Shown: positions 27,753-38,494 of the stretch, piece by piece
How the letters are laid out: every line of letters begins with the position of its first letter
How positions within the stretch are numbered: the first letter of the stretch is position 1
Virus record (IMG/VR): IMGVR_UViG_3300019888_000005
Location: 2,759 to 66,758 of that record
From: a virus
Length of the DNA stretch: 64,000 bases
Strand: one strand, 5' to 3'
Program-made: the position numbers and the translations under genes
The notes under the pieces: model-generated
Databases searched by the model: none
The model's input: only the letters and a program-made list of their open reading frames with translations
Told to the model about the DNA's origin: nothing

Positions 27753-28847
27753 GTGTCCGACATCATGACCGTAAGCCAGATCGCGGGTCTCGTGGAGCGC
27801 GACGAACAGCGGTTGCACACCACGCTCGGCGACATCACTGTGGCGGACAACGGCCAGAAGATCACTATCAAGACGTTGATGGACGATGTCGAGCGTGAGT
27901 TCGAGTTCGACGAAGTGGTGGAGCGCAGCTTCTCCAAGTTCCTCGATGTCAACCCGACGTACATGAACAAGTGTCCCAGCGAGTTGAAGGCATACAACTT
28001 CAACTATTGGCTGAGAAAAAATCCCGAGACACAGGCCATGCTGATGGTGGGTCCCAAGGGCATCGAGACCATGTACGACCCCGATACCACGATTGTGACA
28101 GTGCCGGAGATCGCAGGAGTCATCTCTCGCGTCTTTTCTCCCGAGGACGAGGTGGCAACGCTCTACAGCGACCCGGACAAGTTCCACATCGACATCAAGG
28201 TGGCAGCCAACGTCACGGTGCCCGGAAACGGCATGGGTGATCGGCCCAATGCGGAGGGCATCGTCCATCGTCCGGGAGAGGAAGCTCCTGCTCTGGACGC
28301 GCCCAAGGTCTTCGACATCACCCACGGTGGGGTGCGCATCATCAGTCATCCGTCCAAGCCCAAGGCTCCCACCATCGAGCGCTATTTCAATCGCCTGATC
28401 TGCACCAACGGTGTGACGATGCCTGTGGCCGACAGAAAAATTACTTTGCGTGGCATGACCGTGCCGGATGTGCTCGCGGAAATCGAGGACATTGCACAGC
28501 AGCTCATGGCCGACATGCCTCACGCCTTGCAGAGCTATGCGGAGCTGGCGAACTTGGCAGTGCCCGGAAACCCGCTGGCGTTCATTCGCCAGATCGGCAA
28601 GGAGATGGGCATTCCTGATCGCATCGTCGCCAAGGCGCTGGACTTTGCCGGAGCTTCCAACCTGGGTACGCGTGGCGATATCCCTGTCACCAGCTACGAC
28701 GTGATGAACATCTTCACGAGCCTGGCGAACAACGAGAGCGTGCGCTACGACACCGCGCGCAAGCTTCAACACCTGGGCGGGGTTATGGTCCATCGTGGCG
28801 AAGAGATGAACCACAGGTGCATCGCATGTGAGCGCCCGCTCGTCTGA
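27753..28847 (+). CDS. DUF932-family protein
   Basis: RLICTNG signature; AT-rich promoter region (TAAAAT 27685-27690) and GGGAG SD. Confidence 0.7.
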   Translation: MSDIMTVSQIAGLVERDEQRLHTTLGDITVADNGQKITIKTLMDDVEREFEFDEVVERSFSKFLDVNPTYMNKCPSELKAYNFNYWLRKNPETQAMLMVGPKGIETMYDPDTTIVTVPEIAGVISRVFSPEDEVATLYSDPDKFHIDIKVAANVTVPGNGMGDRPNAEGIVHRPGEEAPALDAPKVFDITHGGVRIISHPSKPKAPTIERYFNRLICTNGVTMPVADRKITLRGMTVPDVLAEIEDIAQQLMADMPHALQSYAELANLAVPGNPLAFIRQIGKEMGIPDRIVAKALDFAGASNLGTRGDIPVTSYDVMNIFTSLANNESVRYDTARKLQHLGGVMVHRGEEMNHRCIACERPLV

Positions 28848-28854
28848 CGCAGGC

Positions 28855-28902
28855 GTGGCGGGAGGGGGTTTCCAAGGCGATGGACCCAACCTCCCGCCGC
28901 TT
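28855..28902 (+). terminator. Long hairpin after the DUF932 gene
   Basis: GTGGCGGGAGG / CCTCCCGCCGC stem with an upper stem. Confidence 0.55.
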
Positions 28903-28968
28903 CACCTCCGTTCCACATCCATTTTCAGGACCAATCAGCACGACCACTATCCAACCTGAGGAGGGCGG

Positions 28969-29148
28969 ATGGCGAACGATTTGATTTCTCGACCGTGCAA
29001 GGCTCTGTTCTGCATAGCTGATGCCCACGAACCGGATATGCACCACTACGACGTCACCGGCAGCTCGTGGCACGAGGACACCAGCGACTACGAGGGCAAC
29101 ATCATCGCCCACGTCTACGAAGTTCGGGACGAGGGAGACACCAGATGA
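28969..29148 (+). CDS. Small hypothetical protein (59 aa, not in the ORF track)
   Basis: GAGGAGG SD; MANDLISRPCK...; ATGA coupling to the next gene. Confidence 0.55.
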   Translation: MANDLISRPCKALFCIADAHEPDMHHYDVTGSSWHEDTSDYEGNIIAHVYEVRDEGDTR

Positions 29149-29465
29149 GCGGGCCGATGCTCTACGTTTCGGTTCCCACGCAGATCACAGCCATGCAGTG
29201 GAAGGGATACGACAACACCGGGCGCGGAATCAACACCGAGGACTTCTGGGATTGGTGCAGTGAGAAGTTCGTGGAGCGGATGGGGTTCACTCACCTCTCG
29301 GGGAAGAGCTACGTCGCGGCGGGTATCTACGTCCATGCGAACAGCGCGTGGTTACCGCTGGAGACCGGAGAATGGGTTGCGAAGGATTCGCATGGTTTCT
29401 ATCCCATCAAGAACGATGTGTTCGAGAAAAAATATCGGTTGGTGCCGGAGAGCGATTCTCCGTGA
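29145..29465 (+). CDS. Conserved phage hypothetical protein
   Basis: I.AMQW.G ... GEWVAKD..GFYPIK.DVFEKKY motif. Confidence 0.65.
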   Translation: MSGPMLYVSVPTQITAMQWKGYDNTGRGINTEDFWDWCSEKFVERMGFTHLSGKSYVAAGIYVHANSAWLPLETGEWVAKDSHGFYPIKNDVFEKKYRLVPESDSP

Positions 29466-29780
29466 CGACGATATATTTTCCGAATCTTCCTTCGTGATGT
29501 GGGTATACCGCAGTCCCGACCTGGGCAGACAGCATCGTTGCGCACTTCCCGAGGTGGCCGAAGCTGTGTCCCTGGTATTGCCTGCCGAACATGTTCCCGA
29601 TGGCGAACCCGGAGACATCTGGGTCTGTACGGAATGCGAGAGGGTATGGATCATTCGCAGCGAATGGAGTTATCTCGGAGTGGACAAATGGTGGGCACGA
29701 AAAATCTGGAGGCAGAAGGTATGGAGACTCAAGGCACGACGACTGCAAGCACACTCGGCACCGGACGACCAGGTCGATCC

Positions 29781-29948
29781 ATGAATATAACCCCGGACTA
29801 TCACTATCGGGAGGCTGAGGAACTCCTCGCGGAAGCGGACAGAGTGGCGGACATGGACATGGGTATGGACGACACCACCAGGGAACTGATCGCGAAGGCC
29901 CACGTCCATGCCATCCTGGCGACATGTGACCCCTCGCCGGATCGCTAG
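29781..29948 (+). CDS. Small actinophage hypothetical protein
   Basis: TPDYHYREAEELL...AHVHAILA. Confidence 0.6.
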   Translation: MNITPDYHYREAEELLAEADRVADMDMGMDDTTRELIAKAHVHAILATCDPSPDR

Positions 29949-29949
29949 C

Positions 29950-30190
29950 CCCAACCTCTACACCCCTCACACCCTCACAACCCCACACTCCTCACACTCG
30001 TAGGGGTGTACATCGTGGGGATAAAATTTCGGGACTACCTATCATCCCACGATCACCACAGCACAGGAGACCTATCACCACTGGTGATCAGCAACCCCAC
30101 CTATCACCGCACTATCACCCAGGGTCATCCACAGGTGACAACAGGGTGACAACACACCGACAACACAATAAATCTACTACAGGGAGTAGG
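29950..30190. repeat. C/A-rich non-coding region with direct and inverted repeats (candidate origin, packaging or regulatory locus)
   Basis: TACACCCCT/AGGGGTGTA and ATCGTGGG/CCCACGAT inverted repeats, ATCACCA-C-TGGTGAT palindrome, CTATCACC x3, GGTGACAACA x2. Confidence 0.7.
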
Positions 30191-30197
30191 ACACCAC

Positions 30198-30743
30198 ATG
30201 ACCAGGAGAAACATCCCAGGGACATCAATTCCTGACCTCAATTTTCGGGGTACAGCTCCTTCTCGTTCTCCCCTCTCTTCACTCCCTCCGGGGCACCCTC
30301 TGGTCTCTCCGCCTCCACCTCCTCCAGGGAATCCCTTCTACGTCAATCCTTACGGAGAGGAGGTCGGAGAGCTGTTGCCTTGGGAGCAGAACGCTGCTCT
30401 CGCCATTGTCACCGAGCTGATGCAGGCGTTCAGCTCCACGACGATGACGCAGGATGCCGTGCGCAAGCTGGAAGGAGAGGCCAAGGAACGTTTTGCCGAG
30501 GAGCTGGGCTTGGTCGTCACGCTGGACTGGGACGCCAATTCCCCTGAGCCAGACGGCATTCCAAGTAGTGACAGGGTGTGGTTCTCTCCCAACCTCGTCA
30601 TCGAGGCCCGTATCCACAAGCACACCGTGGATCACGACGAGGTGGCACGTGCTGTCGTTTCGGGAGAGGCAGATGGGATCACTGGGTACATCCGCAGCGA
30701 CGGGACACGTTCTGAGGAACCTCGCCGCAAACACATCACGTGA
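30198..30743 (+). CDS. Hypothetical protein with Pro-rich N-terminus
   Basis: AGGA SD, 181 aa. Confidence 0.65.
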   Translation: MTRRNIPGTSIPDLNFRGTAPSRSPLSSLPPGHPLVSPPPPPPGNPFYVNPYGEEVGELLPWEQNAALAIVTELMQAFSSTTMTQDAVRKLEGEAKERFAEELGLVVTLDWDANSPEPDGIPSSDRVWFSPNLVIEARIHKHTVDHDEVARAVVSGEADGITGYIRSDGTRSEEPRRKHIT

Positions 30744-30912
30744 AAACTCTCCCTCCCCATATATAGGGGTAAAGAGAGTTCGCTCGGACCCCGGAAACAC
30801 CCCGAAATCGACGAGGACCTCCGTTTAGAGATGTGCTGGTCAGTGCCGGTTTGGCTCCAGGGTAAAACGCTTTGAAACCACGATCGACCTCCGCTTAGCA
30901 GACAGGGCCACG

Positions 30913-31203
30913 ATGACAGAGCAACAGCAGACCACAGGCGTCACAGCAGCCTCACGACCGAGAGAGTCAGCAAACCCTTGGGACGAGATAGCAAACCGTT
31001 TCGTCTACCACCCTCCAGGCCCGGAGGCCCGAGAGGCCCACGAAGGTGTTCGGGCGCAGTATCTGGACCTCGTGCGCTACGTCTACGTGCACACCAAGCC
31101 CGGACGGCATCAGGCTCTGGCGTTGACTGCGCTCCAGGAAAGTATGTTCTGGTGTAATGCTTCGATAGCGTGCGATGGCCTCCCGCCTGTTCCTGGGCTT
31201 TGA
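30913..31203 (+). CDS. Acb2/Tad1-like helical-hairpin protein (putative cyclic-nucleotide sponge)
   Basis: RF.YHPP....H..VR...........PGR..ALALTALQESMFW.NASIA. Confidence 0.65.
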   Translation: MTEQQQTTGVTAASRPRESANPWDEIANRFVYHPPGPEAREAHEGVRAQYLDLVRYVYVHTKPGRHQALALTALQESMFWCNASIACDGLPPVPGL

Positions 31204-32231
31204 GAAGGAGAAGATATGATTCTCGGAGACGTGGGGCCCACGTGCCCTGTCTGTGGGCGGGATGCCGAACACGACGATCCCTGTCCCCCTCACTGGGATA
31301 CCCACGAGGCATTGGCGCATCTCACCAAGACCCGTTTGCGCACGGACCCTGAGCACACCCGCACACTGGCGTGGCTGAGCTTGGCCCTCACCCGCATCAG
31401 GGAGCTGGAGCCCACACCCAGTTCCTACGTGCAGGACCACATTCTGGACGACGAGGAACGGCTACGGGAGTGGAACGGGCAGTGGTGATGCCTCCGCAGG
31501 AGGACCCGCCGTGTGCGGTGTGCGAGGACGTGGGGTTCGTGCTGCGCTCCAGGGAGGCATGTGATGGCACGCAGGTGATCGAGATGGCACGGTGTCCAGG
31601 GTGTGGGCGCTACGAACACATCGTCTGGAGTGGGGCATGGGAAGATTGGTGACCGCCGGAGGGACGGTCCACCACAGCACAAATTCTTTCAGGAGTGTTG
31701 AGATGTGCGACTTCGTATCGAGTTCTGGTCCGCTTTCCGAGGAGCCCACGCTCTTCGAGGTGTTCGACGACGGGAGCCAGCTGTTGTACTACGACGGGGA
31801 AAGGATCTCGGACGCATCCCTCGCGGAAGGGATCGTGCGGTTCGTGAGCCCGGACGGGTCTGCTGATTTCACCTGTCCCAAGCGTTACATCGACGTGCTG
31901 ATGAAACGAATCGAGAGTCGTCATGGCTGACACCAGCGAACTCACCGAACACCCCTTGCCCACCTTCGGGTTGGACCCTGCGGAGTGCCGCGTGGACGTC
32001 ATCGGGGCGTTCGAGGCACTGGCCTTTCGCAAGGTCGAGTTCCTTTGCGCGGTAGTGCATTCCATGTCGGTGTCGGAGTACCGTGAGGTCTTCACCCAAC
32101 AGGAGCGGGACCGCCATCAGCAGGATCTGCGGGATGCGTTGGTATACGTGGGATTCCACGACAATTGAACGGACGATAGCGTAATATAAAAAATCAGTCA
32201 TCCAACCACGTTTGGCCCTGAGGAGGGACAT

Positions 32232-32822
32232 GTGACGAGAGAAGAAGATTCCGACGAGCCTGCTGACGAGCAGGGCTTGGAACGTCTGGGGCTACAGCAC
32301 AGGGCGGGTGAAATAGCTGAGGACCTGGACGACACGACGGTCAAGGTGCCTGCGGCATGGCTGGACGAACTGGCGGGGTACAAGGTGGTCGAGAATACGG
32401 ACCAGATGCCCGAGAAGCGGTACGACGCCGAGGCCGTGCGGCTGCGCATGAACGAGGAAATAGAGCGCTCGCGCTTACCGGGCATCGACCACCGGCTGTC
32501 GTGGATGCTGCGGGTGCTGGGTGACGAGTTCGGTCCTATGGGTGTGGCCCTGGTGGCTGCACAGCTCACCGACAAGGACGTGCTGATACATCGGCTCACC
32601 GTTCCCCAGGAGACTTCGCCGAAGGCCGACACACCTCGCTACAGTTGGACGCAGCCGGTCTGTCCGGGCTGTTACGGGGAGAAGAATCCGGGACGTACTC
32701 CTGTCGTCCTGATCGAAACCAAGCGGGAAGCGTGCTGCTTCTGCGGCGCGGTGACACGTGATGGAATTTATTTTCGTGTAGATCCTGCCACGTGCCCCAA
32801 TCCGACCTTGTTGAAGGACTGA
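32232..32822 (+). CDS. Hypothetical protein with C-terminal Zn finger
   Basis: GAGGAGG SD; CPGC...CCFC. Confidence 0.6.
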   Translation: MTREEDSDEPADEQGLERLGLQHRAGEIAEDLDDTTVKVPAAWLDELAGYKVVENTDQMPEKRYDAEAVRLRMNEEIERSRLPGIDHRLSWMLRVLGDEFGPMGVALVAAQLTDKDVLIHRLTVPQETSPKADTPRYSWTQPVCPGCYGEKNPGRTPVVLIETKREACCFCGAVTRDGIYFRVDPATCPNPTLLKD

Positions 32823-33262
32823 CCATGGCCTACGGTTCCGACGTCATCCAGCGCTCTACGGAGTGGTATGTCACGACGTTCTATCAGAAGCGTCCACCGG
32901 GAAGCAGGCCGATCATGCACGTCTACGGTCCCTATCCCAAGGCGGAGGCCCAGCGAGAGAAGCGACGGATGTTGGCTGACAATCATCCTGCTGCGGGTTC
33001 CAGCTTCCACGTGCGGTGCGCGAGGGCAGTGCGCTGATGGATGAGCCGAACTTCGACGGTCCCGCTCCACGCAAGGTTCCGCTTCTGTGCCGACTGGGTT
33101 GGCACCGCTCCACGAGGGTGTATCGAAGGCGTACGCAGGCGATGCAACTACTGCTGGAAGAGGCTCGGATGAAGCTGATCACCGACGTATGTCGGTGGTG
33201 CGGTGGATGTATGACGCTGATGAACGGTCATTGGGTATGCAGATGCATGGAGGGGGGTCGTT

Positions 33263-33553
33263 GTGAAGCGATGTGGTGCGACCTACAACGGTCATCGGTG
33301 CGTTCTCGCCGCTGGACACAATCGTGGTCAGGCGGACATTCCGCAGCAACATTATTTCGGGTTGACGTACTCACTGTCGGATGACTACACCGCACTGAGT
33401 GGATTCTGGATGTGCCATCGCTGCTCTGCCCTGGTCGCGAATACTGAAACACACACCGGGTTCCACGCCGGTATCGAGGCCGCTGTGGACGCTTTGAGCA
33501 ATGCAATTCGGAAGACCGTAGCTGCTGCAACGGACAACAAGGAGACACGATGA
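33263..33553 (+). CDS. Cys/His-rich hypothetical protein
   Basis: C...CVLAAGH.....H and CHRC...H...H. Confidence 0.5.
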   Translation: MKRCGATYNGHRCVLAAGHNRGQADIPQQHYFGLTYSLSDDYTALSGFWMCHRCSALVANTETHTGFHAGIEAAVDALSNAIRKTVAAATDNKETR

Positions 33554-34425
33554 GAGACCCCATAGACCCGCACGCCGTGCTCCTGCTGCTCGGAGCGGCG
33601 GTCAGTTTCGTTCGCTGGCTGTTGCATATCTGATGGACTCCGGCATCGCACTGCGCTTGGTTGCGGCAGTGGAGGAAGGCGTGCAAGCGTTGCGCCACAT
33701 GGCGGATGCCGCCGTGCAGCAGCAACCCCAGAGAGAAACGACTGTCTTCTACGATGAGGTTCCGGGCACGACACGCTGTGACTTCCATGTCGGGGAGCTG
33801 CGATGTTGTCTGCTTCATGGGCACGCGATGTTGCGCACCACTCGGCACGGACACTTCGTGATTCCTGATTCCGTTCCGTCCGAGACGGCGGACTACGGGG
33901 TGTGGCTGTTTAACCATGTGGGTTGGACGCGCCTGACAGATGCGGGCCGGATAGATATGTCACCTGAACCGACGTCTTGTGACGGTGTACCTGTGAGCCG
34001 TGTCGAAGTCTCGCAAGCGGTTGCGGACGACGAGGATGGTTGAGCACAATCCGGGGACCCAGACCAAGTACGGCTGGCATTGTTCCTGTGGCCGGGTCTT
34101 CGCCACTATCGAGAAGAGGGGCAAGCACTTGAAGAAGACGAAGTCCTCCGTCAGTCGGGAACGATGTATTCAACCAAAGGAGACACAGTGCAGAAGCTCG
34201 GCCTGACACGTGACGAGATAGTGAAGCACGCACGCTCCAAGGGGTGGCAGCGGGTCTCAGCGTCGACCTACGACAGTTTCGCCAAGGGCGGGACACGCGT
34301 GACTGTCGTCTATAGAGAGGACGGTGAGTTGGCTGCTGCGAAGGTGTCTGGGTTGCGCGTAGGCCGTGATATGGCACCCACCAAGCTGGTCGAATGGCTG
34401 GCCCATCCGGTGGGAGAGTTGTGAG

Positions 34426-34611
34426 GTGAGCGCTGTTGTCGAGACTCGCGTGGATATCGACGGGGACCCAGAGGGCTGTGATGCCACGCTGCGCACTCGA
34501 CGTGACCGGGGTATGACGCTGTACTGCACCCTGAAGACGGGGCATCAGGGGTCACACGAGGCCCACCGCAAGGAAGACAATGCCGATGTACCGATAGCGA
34601 CTTGGAGCTGA
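34426..34611 (+). CDS. Small CxnCxLxxGHxGxH protein
   Basis: CDATL...YCTLKTGHQGSH. Confidence 0.5.
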   Translation: MSAVVETRVDIDGDPEGCDATLRTRRDRGMTLYCTLKTGHQGSHEAHRKEDNADVPIATWS

Positions 34612-36189
34612 AATATGGTCACAGACGAGACACGTATGGTGCAGGCACTGGATCGTCTTGCGGTGCAGATGAAGAGGATCGCGGATGCGGAGGAAAAGCG
34701 CAACGCGCTCATCGAAGGACCTACTATAATAAATCTTGACGGTGACGGCCAGCACCGCATCGGATCAGGTCACGATCCAGACCCCCACGGAGGAGAAGCA
34801 GAAGTCGATGAGGCAGACGAACCCGTTGAACAGGCCAGCTAGCACGATCAGCAGAGACGAGCTGTTCGATCACGCGGAAGCGCACAAAGGCAAGCTGGTG
34901 GTGGAGCCCTGGGAAGGACGCTGGCGAGTCACCTATCAGTGGGGCTCCAGGCGTGGAGGCTTTACGATCACCGGGCACGAGGACACCTACGACGCCGCCC
35001 TGAATGCCGTGGCCACGACATTGGCGAGGGCCTGATGGCGGTCATGCCGATGGACGACGACCTCAAGCAGGCGTTCGCCGAACGCGAGGCATGGAGAGAG
35101 GACGTGCTCAAGGGTGCGAGCTTCTCCTCGTGGGAGGCCTATCGGGTGGAGTCGACTGCGGAGCAGCGCGAAGCCGTGGAGGACTTGCTTGCCGACATCC
35201 TGTTCTACTGCCAGTCCGGGCGCGGTACCGATGCCCCAGACATGGTCAGGTTGCTGTTTCAAGGTGGGTTCTGTTTCAAGCGACTACGGGGATGAACGTC
35301 GTTCACTTGAGGGACCCGCTGCCCTTCACGCCGCTGGACAAACGTCTGGTCAGTATTCACACGAGCTGGACCACGTGGTTCGACGGCAGGCCACGAACTC
35401 CGAACAAGCGGCTGCGCATCTATTGGCGGGGCCATACCTGGTTGATCGGTCCTTCGTGAGTACCGAGGATGGCATCCGGTGTCCGAGGTGTGGCACGTTC
35501 TCTGGACAGCTACCCGGTGGGATGTGTGGCAGCGATTGGCACGTGACGGAGTTGACCGCCGATGAGTACGACGCCATCACAGAGATGCGTACCAAGATGG
35601 GTAAGTTGTTGACGGAGAACGACATTCAGGATCTGGCCAACGAGGCGGAGCGCGAAAGAGATATGGATGAAGCCGTCGTACGACGACACAGTGGGGTGCG
35701 GGAGGCGGTCGGGTATCTGTCGACGCTTCTGACCGACGCGAGGAACCAGGCGGAGTTCGACCACATCGCCGCACAGATCGAAGTGCTGGAACGAGACGGG
35801 ACGGAGGCAGACGTAATGGGACGTTCGGCGTTTCAGTTCACTGATTCGATGCTGCAAGAGAAGATGGATCAGATCGCTACGTTGCTAGGAGAGGTGAACA
35901 CAATCCTGGGAGAAGACAGCTCGATTGTGTTTGCGGTGGTAGCTGTCCCAAATCAAACCCAGCGAGCTGGAGAGTGAGGACTGATGATGCCGAGCAAACT
36001 GGTAACCGTGAAGGATTACGAGGTCATGGAGAAAGCGCTCTCCCAGGTTCGTCCGTTGCCCAAAGGCAACGCGAACGGGCCGCTTGCCCGCCAGCTCGTG
36101 AATGCGCTGGATCGAATGGACTACATCCTGATCGACAAGCGCACCTACAGCGATATGGAAATCGGTGCGAATACTCATGGGTTCGCCAC

Positions 36190-36336
36190 GTGAGCGAGTC
36201 GTTCTTCGACCTGGACCCCGCAGACAGAGGGGCTACCTACGACCGAGCAGAGCGAGAGACCGGTACGAACTTCTTCGACTTGTCCCCCGAAGAGCGTGGG
36301 CACTACTACGACCAGGCCACGGAGGGCGAACGATGA
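36190..36336 (+). CDS. 48-aa protein made of two internal repeats
   Basis: FFDLDPADRGATYDRA / FFDLSPEERGHYYDQA. Confidence 0.6.
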   Translation: MSESFFDLDPADRGATYDRAERETGTNFFDLSPEERGHYYDQATEGER

Positions 36337-36624
36337 CTGAGACGGTGCCATCGCGGGATGAATTCCTACCGGGTGAGCGCCTTCCTCGAATCAAAGGTTC
36401 GGGAGACCACGACTGGGAACCGTGGAGCAAAACCACCCTCGGTCGTGGACGCAAGTGCCGGGATTGCGGGTGCGAAGACGACGGATACCAACAGCCGTGC
36501 ACAGAGCTGAAGGATTCGAAATCGAACGGGATGGACAGGAATTGATGGCAAGCGAAACCTTGGGGTTCAGGCTTTCAACGCCGCCTGACTCAAACGACTC
36601 GGCTTAGCAGAGCGCCCAAGATCA

Positions 36625-36710
36625 GGGGCTCCCATGGATGGGCGCAGCGGCGAGGTCTCCCCCCGACCGGAAGCGCGCTAGCGGGTGGTTCGATTCCACC
36701 AAGCTCCACC
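36625..36710 (+). ncRNA. Atypical tRNA-like element (tmRNA/Ala-type acceptor and T-arm)
   Basis: GGGGCT / AGCTCC-A-CC acceptor with G3.U70; T-arm GGTGG-TTCGATT-CCACC; non-canonical D and anticodon regions; intergenic. Confidence 0.5.
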
Positions 36711-37205
36711 TCTGCACAATGTGAACGACCAGGACTAGGGTGAGGTCTGTGGCGTTGCCGTTGGATTACGACGAGGTTCTGTTCACCTACGAGTACGACT
36801 GCACAGGGTTTCAGATGCCAGGGCTGACCCCGAATCGAATGCGCGCCACGGTCTCTCGTCTCGGATTGAGTTGTGTGGTCGATGGACCGGCGTACGGCGT
36901 GGACATGCGCAACATGTGCTATTCACGCTTGATGACCCTGTGGGAGGAACGATGCCCGAAAGCATCCGTGTCGACTTGACGCAATCTCGTGCCACCAATC
37001 CTTCTCTGGTCAACGAGAAGGACATTCAGTGGACCGTGGACAAGGAAGTCGACCCTCCTACCGCGTATCCCGTCATCAAGGTAACGGGGACGCATATTCC
37101 CACCGGAGCCACGGCCTACACCGTTGGCGCAGGGATGTCCGAGTTACACCTCAAGGCAGATGTGCGTCACAAGCTGACAATTCTGTTGGAGGCCGGATCG
37201 GCCTG

Positions 37206-37592
37206 ATGCCTGATCTCTGGGTGTCATGGCCATACGATTACCGGGAGGCCGTGCGCGACTTCCTTGGAAGTAGTGAAGTACCCATGAGCCACAAGAAGAA
37301 GAACGGAACGTCCCGCACCACTCCGAAGATGGCACTCTCGCCTCGCCCGCCCGTCATCCCCCGACTGGCCACCACCGAGGACCTTGCCCCCCACCGCCTC
37401 ACGCATACGTTGTTCGCGGGTAGCCCACCTCAGGTCACGCACGCCTCGGAGTTGGAGCAGGCGTGGCGGGACGGGTACACAGCGGGGCACATGGACACTC
37501 TCGGTCATGTCTCACCCTCACAGGAGACGCATAATCCTTACGGTGCGGTCGAAGAAGAAGAGGAAAGAATATATCGTCTCGGGGGAACGTGA
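37206..37592 (+). CDS. Hypothetical protein with WxxGYxxG...NPY module
   Basis: AWRDGYTAG...HNPY. Confidence 0.55.
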   Translation: MPDLWVSWPYDYREAVRDFLGSSEVPMSHKKKNGTSRTTPKMALSPRPPVIPRLATTEDLAPHRLTHTLFAGSPPQVTHASELEQAWRDGYTAGHMDTLGHVSPSQETHNPYGAVEEEEERIYRLGGT

Positions 37593-38414
37593 TGGCCATC
37601 ACGCCTCCGGTACATCCCAACCAACGCCCCTTCTATGTCTATGGCCTGCGGGAATGCCCTGGTGGGTGTGGGCGGGAGGATGTCGACGAGCGGGTGTTCG
37701 CGTGTTCGGTGTGCCTGGAACGGTTGCCCGCCAAGGTGCACGAGGCGCTGATCGAGGGCGGTCCCGGACTGCTGCCCGCATTGGCACGTGCCAAGATTTT
37801 CTTCGACAACGTCACTCCGCATCCTGTGTCCGGGATGTGATCATGAGCGTGCTCGATCTGTTGGTGTACGACCTGGTGCACTTCTTCGATTGCCCGAGGT
37901 ATTGATGGAGTGCGGCTACCCCTCTGCACCAGCCCCTGCCTTTCCGGGCGTAGAGGGTGCATGATGGCAGTGCGGCGGAAGGTCGACCCCACGCTCGCCA
38001 GTGCGCACGCATATTGGCGGCTCGCAGCCAAGGCGTATCGCGCGGACGACATGCGCGGACACGCTCGCTATATCGACATCGCGGAGCGCAAGTTCCGCGA
38101 GTACAAACGCCAACAAGAGTTCCTCAAGACGCTGAAGAGACGCGATGGCTCAACTCGGTAAGCGACAGCGACAGTATCTGCACGCGCTACATGTCTTCGG
38201 CAGCTCGCGGGGTTGGCCGTCCTCCTATGAATCACGTCAGGCGCTGGAAGCCTTGGAGCGCAAGGGTTTGGCGCAGCGCTGCGGCGTGGACTTCTACCCG
38301 ACCACGACCACGGTTCCTCCGAAGTGCGCTTTCCCGTCACCACATCCGCGCAAGCACAACATCACGCCGCGCAGGAATAATGTCGGGGTGTTCATCTGGA
38401 AGGAAATCTGAGCG

Positions 38415-38445
38415 GTAACATTTTTTAAACTTGGGCGTATATAGT
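38415..38445 (+). promoter_or_regulatory. GTAAC-N17 promoter copy
   Basis: GTAACA...GTATATAGT, intergenic. Confidence 0.7.
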
Positions 38446-38494
38446 AGGTAGAGGGGCACGCAGAAGCCCACGGACCTTCCACGAAGGAGCGCAG

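Noticed and set aside
30073-30110. Lambda-operator-like TATCACC sites implying a CI/Cro switch
   Set aside because: No adjacent repressor or integrase gene; the match is short and likely coincidental
36330-36712. Full-length or permuted tmRNA
   Set aside because: No matching 5' acceptor strand about 350 nt upstream or downstream of the 3' end; the AGAGCTG at 36503 pairs less well and lies inside an ORF
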